A DNA stretch of 64,000 nt, from the NCBI RefSeq assembly GCF_009834535.1, contig NC_045697.1:21950001-22014000 (forward strand). Reading direction: 5' to 3'. The stretch comes from Camelus ferus (lineage: Eukaryota). The notes under the pieces are model-generated. The model saw only the letters and a list, made by a program, of their open reading frames with translations. It ran no database searches and was not told the origin of the DNA. The position numbers and the translations under genes are program-made. The first letter of the stretch is position 1; each line of letters opens with the position of its first letter. This document shows, one piece after another, positions 1-9,657 of this stretch.

Positions 1-279
1 TCAAAGCCAGTTTAATTTCCCAATACTTCTTCCAACTCTTTCTCATCATGCTGCCGCTTTGGCAACTTCTGGCACCAACAATCTGGTCCAAAAATGATTT
101 GTTATAGCACTACGATTATTGTCCTTAGGAAAATATCATTAAGCAGCATTTACCTATAAATTACGGTATGTAAAGTCTTAGTATGTATTTTGCAGAACTG
201 AATTTATGATTTGGGGAAATCTTTGATGTCTCATGTTTTACTCACTTAAACCACTATATATGCTCTTAACTATTACAAG

Positions 280-853
280 CAAGGACAGAATCAAGTTTTG
301 TAAGGCCTAAAGTTTATGTCATTTCGGTGGTCTTTCTTAAGAAAATGAATATAAAATAAGATACAAAGATAGTTACCAACTAAATACTTCTTTACATAAA
401 GTATAAGAAATTCCACAATTTACAAGTCAGCTGAATAAAAAGAAAAGTATTGCAGTGTCTCCCCCAAACCCCAAACCTATCATCTAATTAATGGGCTGAT
501 ATATGTCTATAATACTTCTTCTTGAAACTTTTGGTATGACTAAAACTTTGGTATGAAAAAAGATACACAGAATCAACCTGAAGTTGACACATAGAAGAGC
601 AGTGGAAATAGATTTTTTCTATGTTGTACTGTATCAAGCTTCATAATTGTGTAAACACAACATAGTTTGACATATTGATGAATACTTGTAAGAGTTTGTC
701 TCTGAAACATTTGTTTCTTTAGGATCTCTTTACTGCATTGGTGGATACAGAGTGTGTCATTTCATGTCCAAGTGCCAGACTTTGTCAAGAGAATATGTGT
801 CTGATGCCCTAACTCTAATACACTGGGATGCAGAAGTCACCCAACTACACACA

Positions 854-890
<37 letters not shown>

Positions 891-1611
891 CTCTCTCTCT
901 CGATCTGTTTGCAGTACTGTGTATATTTATACCTTCAAACAGAGGGATTCTGATAAATTCTGTATTTGTACAATTTCTGCTTAGAAATTTCACACACACG
1001 TTCCAAAGAATCATGTGTTTTTAAATGTATCTTCTGCCTTATTCAGTTCCTGACAAGAGAGAATTTTTGTTTTAATTAGACATCAGTGAGAAGCATATTC
1101 TTGATTTGGAATTTTATGCCTAATAATTGGAAGAACTTTCTATAGATGTGGTTCTGGCTCAACACACTTAAGCCTTGACTCTACTTTACCACCCATATAT
1201 TTCCAGGAAGCCATATAAGGGGATATTCCATCACAGTAGAACTGTGCCAGGGCAAGCTGGCACAATGGATGTCAAATTCTTGGAAGACATTCTGCACCCT
1301 GGTTGTTAGAAATAACTTACGTATAAATAAAAGAGACTGCAAATTCATAAAAGTACATCTTAACACACCCAAATTAAATGTATCCCCGTCTCAATTTCCC
1401 CTTAACTAGATCCCCAACAAGAAGTATGAGAGGAAATTGAAGAGGAAGGAAGCAGTGTTCTTAACCTTACTCTTGCGAATTTTAAAAACATGTGACTGTG
1501 CAACCACATTATTGCACCCTCCACACCCCCAAGTCTTGGAAGAGGTGGGTGCAAGTGAGAGACCCTGAAAGCTGAAGCTCCACTAGCATCACACTGTCTG
1601 AGTCTGCCCAG
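280..1611 (+). mobile_element. hAT-type DNA transposon fossil with MER53-like ends
   Basis: The 5' end (ggacagaatcaagttttgtaaggcctaaagtttat...ttcttaagaaaatgaatataaaat) and the 3' end (ttggaagaggtgggtgcaagtgagagaccctgaaagctgaagctccactagcatcac) match the two halves of the recalled MER53 consensus. Confidence 0.55.
856..901 (+). repeat. Compound (CA)n(CT)n microsatellite
   Basis: Read directly from the sequence. Confidence 0.95.
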
Positions 1612-4600
1612 AAGAGTAATTCAGAAACTGAGGAACACTGGCCAGGCTGACCAGGACGCCTAAAGAGAATAACTTTGGGGAGTTGAAGGCAATATTGGTT
1701 TCCAGACCTTTGCAAAATACTGTCTTTATAGGGCAAAATCAGACAGAAACTGGAAGACTGCCTTAGTTTCAGTGACACCTTTTTTTAAGTGTATCACGTT
1801 TTTCTCTCACCCTCTCTCCTATGTTTTAAATAAATCTGTTTTACAAGAAATAGAAGCAAAGCTTCCCATTTGTTAGATGAAAAAGGAAGCTTTATATCCA
1901 ACGTCATTGAAAAGGCAGGGTAGGTACTATTTCCTCCAAATAGGCATGATCAGGCTAACAGAGAGAAACAAGGAAACACTCAGAAACAGAAAGATCTAGT
2001 AAACCTATCAGTGCTGAATTCAGATATATACTGTTGATGATACATACTGTTCTTAATCACAGCTGTTAGTTTAATAACACAGCAAAACACTTTATATTTT
2101 ATAAATAAATTAGCCAAATCAAAGGCTTCTATTTACAACCATATACTGCTTTTTTTAGCTAGTCATTTGGAGACAAAATTGAAAATCATTTATGCAGCAA
2201 AAACAAGAAATAAAAAGAATAACCATAGGTACATACATCAATATTATCTTTCCATCTCACTGTAGTCATCAATACTTTATCAAAGTCCTATTCAAAGTGT
2301 TAAATGCTATACCAGTTATGAGGAAAAAATAAACTAGACTAAAATATTTTTTGCAATTCTTAAAAATCACTAGGTACAAATTTATATAGCTTTATTTATA
2401 CAGCAAGAATTTGTCTTGCCATTGAAACTTGCATTTCCACCTGTAATTAAATAGCACAATTGTTGATTTATAGGGACTATGTTGAAACCCATATTGTCTA
2501 TTTGGTAGGCCTTTTAATCCAGCTTGACTTGTATAATTCATCTTATAACTGCTGAAACAGACATTTAGAACATACTACTGCTTTCCAAAGTCATTGTGGG
2601 TCTGAAATGCGTTGACAATTTCCAGGTATTGGTCCCATGTTAGGTAAATAATCAATGTGACTGACAGAGTTGAACAATGATTTCATTTTAGCCATCCACG
2701 TTCCTTTTGGAAGTGAACTTCAACTTCCACTTGGGATTGCCCCGACCTAGTCAGTGGCCTCATCCAGCCACAAGGGGGCCAAGAAGAATAATCCTATCCT
2801 AGGTCCAGAAGTCAGAAGTATTTGGGGAAAGGTCCCAGAGATACTATATAAGGATCAGCATCCATTACTGGAAAATTCATTGCTGCTAAAGTAGTCAGTC
2901 AAATATACTGTATTACCCACCCTAGAAACATTCTACATTTTGTATTTTCTAAATGCAATGGGTTAAAATTTGATTGGGTAAAGTTTTGTACCAGCTGGTA
3001 TTGGTAATTAACATAAGAAGCAATCAAGTTAGCATAGGTCCACACAGGAGCTAAAACTTATAAAGCTAAGTCATAATTTTCAACCATGCTTAGTACAAGC
3101 AGGTCACTTATTTGACTACTATATTTATACAAGACACTATAATGAAACTTTTCCCCAAAAACCCTTAATATATTATCTAGCTTAGAGGTCATTATTCAGA
3201 GTGTGTTTGACATATCCTGCCACAGTAGTAAAGAAATGTCAAATGTCTCAAGTTCCTGGAAAGGGCATTGGAATGTTCGATTTTACCATAGATAGTGACA
3301 GGGAACAGCTTCAGATGGCCACAAATAATAGGATATACTGTTTTGGCCTATCAAGGGTCTTTTTTCCCAAAAACTCACCCAGAGTTTGCAAAATACTGTT
3401 TTCCTCCCATGCTTAGATTTTTGCAAATGTATAAAAAATAATATAAAGTTGAAAAGAATCCATAAATTATCTTGTAAACAAAAGATAGTTTGTCAGTTAT
3501 AGCAACTGACTAGATCTTTATATAAATATCTCAAATTATAAATCTATGCTATATTGCATTTATTTTGGCATTTAAAATTTTAGAAATTGAAAAAGAACTC
3601 TCAATCTGTGCTAAGCTTAAAGTGAAACTTATTTCTGTCAGGTGTCATTTAAAACCAAAAACACTCCATTTAAAAATCACACAGCCTATAAATGAATATT
3701 TAGATAAACACTTAAAATTATTTTCATGAGTTTCTTTTTCTCTTTAAACAGTTTTTATACTAGCCTTGAGGAAATGTTTAATAGCTATCCAAATAGGTAG
3801 CCTGAATCAACTTAGATTAGTTCTTAGCTTGTGTTCCTCTTTAATTGATATATTGCAGTATATGGCTTTGCATTGCATGACTTCACGATTTTAAACAGTA
3901 CAGCTTGTTCTGTTTCTTGGCTGGAGACCAATTAAATAACCACTGATGCAAGCAGTTATTACCTGCTTAAAAGGAAATCTGTGGTTTCCTTATTTAAACT
4001 GCTGAGTTTTAATGTCCATCAAAAAGTCTGTTATTGCAATGAATAATTTAGCCATTTCAGTCTACTACACATTTTAATACTACAGGCATGGATTTAAGGC
4101 TGCAAGATATGCCTAATGTTTCTCACAGTCCCCAAAATCAGAATCATACTTACTGCAAGACAATAGTTATACATATAATTACTGTTTGAAATGATATCTG
4201 TTTGAAGGACAATCATTTCTGATAATCAGTTAGAGAAGTAAGGCGTATGAAATTTACCAGAATTAGTTGGATAAATAATTGATCGTAAAGATCTCAAAAA
4301 TAGTTTACACTTTTATGTAAGTGGATACAGAGGACCTTTTTAAAAAAAAATGAAAGGTCAATGGATTTGAAGATGTAAGGGTGTCATTTCTTCAGCTTGT
4401 CCCTTGGTGGCGATATTGAGTCACTTTCTCCCTTCCCCTCAAATTGCTTTATATTTCTTTCCAGAACTGGCTATCCTGTTTACTGTATTTAACCTTTTTC
4501 TTGTATTATCGTTAATACAGCGCCTATAATAAATGAAAGCCCCCCAGAGATCATATCTCCGGCTCCTACTTCTTTGTATTCATTCTAACCCATAAACTTT

Positions 4601-5765
4601 TGTTGTCGTTGTTACTTCTCTTCCTGTCTTTTCTTGGAGGCTTGAACTACGTCACGGACCCTGAATGCTATTATTTCAGCTCAGTCACTGAAATCTTTTA
4701 ACTGCAAAGCAGTTTTAAGCAAGCAAGGTTAGTCGGTAGATGTAAAAAGTAAAACCAAAAACTACCAGATATTGTAAGTTAGGCTAAGATACTTGGCATG
4801 GAAGAGAAATCGTTGGCTGAACTTTTATTAAATGTCTATTAGAATGGGATGGAATTTTATATTCCCTTTTTATCTTGGTTTCAAAGGGACATTTATTTTT
4901 TATTGTCCTTTAAAATAAGGGGAAAAAAACACAGACATTCACAACATTTCAAAATTCTCACTTTGCGATGACGTCCTATCACTGATCATGCAGGTTTTAG
5001 GACACCGATCTCGTTTGCTCTCCAGTTCTGGCCGCCAAAGCTCCCAGCAGCAGCAGCAGCGGGATCTTTAATTTATTGCAGCCGGTTACACTTTCGATCC
5101 CATTTCCTTCTGAACCCTTTCCTCTCAGGTTGAGAAGATAAATGCAGCCTCGGGTCTGAAAAGCCGGGCGGGGTTTGTGGGTGGGAGCGAAGCCGGATAT
5201 CATATTCCCTTGGTGAGGTCTAGTACCGGGGGGGATTAAGTCCCCCGGTTCCATTTAATGAAATTGCTGAGCACTTGTGACACTGGCTCTAAGACTGCGG
5301 AAATGGGGCGGGGGTGGGGGAAACGGTTTCTCGCCTCCATTCATCCTCCGCGCCGGCTGGTGGCTAGAGTTGGAGTGTCAGTCCCTAGATAGGGGGTGGA
5401 AGAGGATTGGGAGCTCCGGTTGTGGCAAGGACGCCCCGAGGGCTCCCCTCACCTCGCCCACACCCATACCCCGCCCATTCCCTTCCCTTTCCCAAGAACC
5501 GATCGGCTGGGCAAATCTGCCAACACTCCCGGGCTGCTCCCGGGGAGAGGTCGGAGCCGGGGACCGTGGACGGAGGGAGGAAAGCCAGGAAGCTTCAGGG
5601 CCTCGGCAGCCTGGCCGCGCTTTTCTCCATGCCGTGCACGTCGGACCCATTTCCCACGCTGGTTTGGCTTGGCGGCGGAGTTGGTAGGGATGAGAGCAGG
5701 GAGGAAGGGTTGGAGACTTAACTCCCGCTCGCAATGAGGAAACCACTCCACTGTGAAGGACGCGC

Positions 5766-5780
5766 TGCGCGCGCGCGCGT

Positions 5781-5812
<32 letters not shown>
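5766..5812 (+). repeat. Compound (GC)6-GTG-(CA)15 microsatellite
   Basis: Read directly from the sequence; 47 bp of uninterrupted purine/pyrimidine alternation. Confidence 0.95.
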
Positions 5813-5813
<1 letters not shown>

Positions 5814-7865
5814 GTCTTCAGGAACATTTTCAGGGCACTGGGGAAAAGCCGCCCACTCTTTTGCCCCGCTCTGGTGTGCGCCTGAAGATTGCGCGCCGGA
5901 GCGGTGGGAGAATGTTTGAAGATGCACAGGGGCTTGTTCAAGTTTATGGTCTGGCAATGCAAGTAGTGCACAACCTGTCTGCCCACGCGGCTGCCTGAAG
6001 TTTGCAAAATCTTAGTAAAGGTAGCTAGGAGAGTGAGTGCACTGCACCATATTGCCGCGTATCGGAATGCTCTGGCGCAAGGCCTCAGAGTGGAGCCGGC
6101 TTCCCTCTTTTGCCTTGGACCCTGGAAAAAGGGGGACTGGGTGTCGGGGGAGGCAGGCGTTCGGATAAACCGGAGCTTCTCAAATAAAAGGGGAATTTGG
6201 CGTTACTGACACTTAGCCGGCAGCTAGCACGCTGCGGCGCGGGCCCCCGCCCCCGCCCCCCGGCTCCAGACTGCGGCGGTGCGCACTGAGTCTGCGCGCG
6301 GGGCTTTTCTCGCTGATGCTGCAGATATAGAACGGAGAGGCTCTGGTGGAGGCCAGTGGGTAGGGGGTGGGAGGTCTGGGGGCGGAAAGGCCCGGTGCCT
6401 GGCCTCGAAGGGGGAGCCGCTACCCCCGCGTGCCGCTGTTTTAGCAGACTAGAAAATACACGCCAGCTTCCTGGCACATACCCACACGCTCCCATCCTCC
6501 GCGCCTCTACGATCACCCATAGGGAATGCTTGGAAATCTCTGCCGCCTCTCCCCCCGTTCCTGCTGGCTGCGCCCGCCTAAACAACCGCGCGATACATCT
6601 GCTCGTAGACTTTACTGGTGTTTGTCTTCTTTAAATCATTCTGCCTCCTCACACAAGTCTCGTAAAGGCAGAGTACCCACTCTGGACGAATTTCTTTCTC
6701 TTTTCTTCTTTTCGCTTTAAATTTTCCTTTAAGAGGAGGCCTTTCAGTGCCTATAGATTGAGCAGATCAGCTGAGGACCAACCAAAATCCAGCAGCAGCC
6801 CCTTTCCTTTTTTGAGGTGGTAAGAATTTTCCCCAGGTATTTCCTGCCCACCTCAACCCCCCTTATCCTGGCGGGGGCCCGGTTGTTAAACAGCCGCTTA
6901 AATAAAGAGTATACGGCTCAGAGTATACAGTTAAGAAAACACAGCTAGAATTGAGATTCGATGAGGCCGGCTGCAGTGGCCGTGATTGAAAACTGGGGAA
7001 GCCTCGCGTCGGGGAATACCATGTACGATCAAGTGGCACAAAGTCAAAAGAAGGAGAGAAAAGGAGCTAGGGACACTTCGGTACACAAAGTTGCCATTAA
7101 AGTTTATTTCCCTTTTATCCAGATAGGTGACGCTACACTTTGCCAGTTACTAAAGGCTGCAGCTTTCTGCTCAGAAAAGAATATCGAGGCTTCCAACATG
7201 TGTTTATTCCCCAGGCGCGCGCACACACACGGTCTACCCCCGTAAGCAAGCACGATGACAGGAATGCCAAGCATTTAAACAAAGACAGTCCCCCGCCCCC
7301 CAACCCCAGCCCTTCTAACTCTGCGCTCCCAAAAAAGGATCCCTCTCCGTCTCTCTCTGGAGTTTGATGTTCTCTCTTAACCACTGCAGCCCATCATGGT
7401 TTCTCAGAACACCAGCGTGGCTCCATGGGCGCACGCGGGGTCCCCGAAGCCACAGCTGACCATACCCCAGCCAAGATGCTAAATCGAGAACCACAGACAC
7501 TTTGAGGGGTGGGGAACATCGTCTGAAAAGGGGCAGGAGGAGAAACGTTTCCTGACACCCGCTCCAGCGCTCTCACACACGCACTCGGCATTAGTCAGAG
7601 CTAGGAGGAAATTTACCAGCCCCACGGAGGGGAAGCAAGTCCCCCCCGCAACTGGGAGGCCGCGGCTGCACTCACTGGGGAGGGAGAGGGGCAGGCTTTG
7701 GTTTAAGGGGGACTTGTTAGAATTGTGCACACTTGGAGTGACCTCCGAAGCTGAAGCTGGGCTTTCCGGAGCGGGGCGGCTGGCTGGTGCTCCCTCCTCT
7801 CTCCCTCCCCCCGGCACTCCTCCCTCCTTCTCTGAGAGTGTGTAGTTTCCGCGGCTCGGCTGCTA

Positions 7866-7892
7866 CCGCCGCCGCCGCCGCCGCCGCCGCCG
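7866..7892 (+). repeat. (CCG)9 trinucleotide repeat
   Basis: 27-nt uninterrupted CCG run. Confidence 0.95.
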
Positions 7893-8444
7893 ACACCGCA
7901 GCAGCGTCAGGGACAAGCCTGAGCCGCGAGCTAGGCAGCGAGCTCCCAGCAGCAACCATCACTTTGGGAAAACTTGAGGGTTTCCGGCTCTCGGCTAGCG
8001 AGAGGGAGCTTCCCATTTGCCATTCAGTGTCTTTGAGCCGAGGCAGCCAAAGGGGCGGCGGGAGCTCCCGCACCAGACTCTCCCAGACAGAAAGGGGGCG
8101 AGACAACTGCGGAATTCACCCGCCGTGCCAGGGCACTTCCGAGGCAACAACCGACTGGCACTTTTTCTCCCCTTGGCAAACTGGATTTCTTTCTTTTTTT
8201 TTTTTTTTTTTAAGCTACTTGGCAGCTGTATCTGACTCCACCTCCCCTAACACCCCCCTCCCCGGTGCCTTTTCCTTTTTCTTCAGAAATCCGGACAGAA
8301 TTGGGCATCTTTGTTAATTGCCGTTGGGGGAGCCTGGCCGGGGGCTTTCGCCAGGCCAACGTCGCCTGCGCGCCGAGCCTGGTTTGCTCACCTTTGAACT
8401 GCAAAGGGATCAAGTTCAGCTCGAGTTGCCAGCATTGGGACTTG

Positions 8445-8608
8445 GAGGAAGGAGAGGGAGCGTACTAGAGAGAGTGGGAGAAGGGGAAAGGGGAAAGGAG
8501 AGGAGGGAGGAGAGAGGAGGAGGAGAGAGAGGATAGAGGGAGGGAGGGGAGGGATCGAGAGAGAGGGAGAGGGAGAGAGAGAGAGCGCGCGCGGGGAGAG
8601 AGAGAGGC
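8445..8608 (+). repeat. Polypurine (GA-rich) low-complexity tract about 1 kb upstream of the ATG
   Basis: Almost entirely G/A, with GAGA and GGGA runs. Confidence 0.9.
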
Positions 8609-9657
8609 TGCAATCTCCTCCCTGAATCGCGCACAGCGCTGCAGATCCCAGTGCTCTGACATGCGGGCCGAATGCAGGTGAGGAAAGGCACGGACTCTGC
8701 GGTTGCGAACCCAAACTTGGGCACCGCGAAGTGCGCACGGCTCAGGCTTCACCCCGCGGGCGAACGGCTGCTGCGGTTTCAGGCGGCGGCTTCGTGACTA
8801 ATGACCTTGCGCAGAGTTGTTAAGAAAAAAGAGAAACCCGAGCTCTCGGGAGTGAAGGGACTGACTCTCCGGGCATCTCTGAAGATGGCTCGGGCTGCTC
8901 TTCCGCACACGGGGGGGACCCAGACGCGGACCGCTGTGTGACGCGAGTGGTCTCCACTGCACGGTGCCCGAAGCGACCTGCCGGGATTTTTCATTCTTGA
9001 TCCGTTGCCTGGCTCCTCCGCTGCCTGAGCGGAGTCGGAGTTGAGACTGGCTTGTTGCTGACCCTAGCGCCTCGTGCAGGAAGCGACTCACGTTTGCCTG
9101 GGCAGCCGGAGCAGAAGCTGGGTCTGGAGTGAGTGGCTGAAACGTGAATTGGACTCAACTCGAGTAGCATCAAAGACCAGCGGGGTTGGCAGGCGGGGTG
9201 AGCTGCAGGCTCGCTCCCCTCCGCTTCCCGGCTCCACCGCCCGCCTCCCGGAGCGGTTCCGGCCCCATCCGACAGAGCGGGGACAGTAGCTCGGGATCCT
9301 CCGCCCGCTGCGGGAATGACTCTGGGGGGGCGCCGAGTCCGCGGCGCGCAGTGTCCCGTGAACTGTGAGTACTGCGACTGAACGGCGGCCGGCAAGTGGG
9401 CGATTAGTACCCATTGCATGAATTATGAAACAATAACTTTCGGAAGAAGCAGGAGGGAAAAAAAAAGAAGGATCTATCGCTGGTCCCCCCTGGCTGACTC
9501 TGGACGTTGCTCTTGCCCCCTCCCTCCTCTTCCTCTCGCTTCTTCCCTTCCCGGAGAGGAGAGAGGACTGGGAGGAGGGCAGGCGACCGGCCCCGGAGGA
9601 AGGGGGCGCCGAGGGGGCCTTGATTAGAAGGAGCAGTAGCAACAGCAGCAGGAGAAG

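Noticed and set aside
5277..9642. Many overlapping 60-210 aa ORFs in the CpG island
   Set aside because: Expected from stop-codon scarcity in GC-rich DNA; they translate microsatellites and low-complexity tracts.
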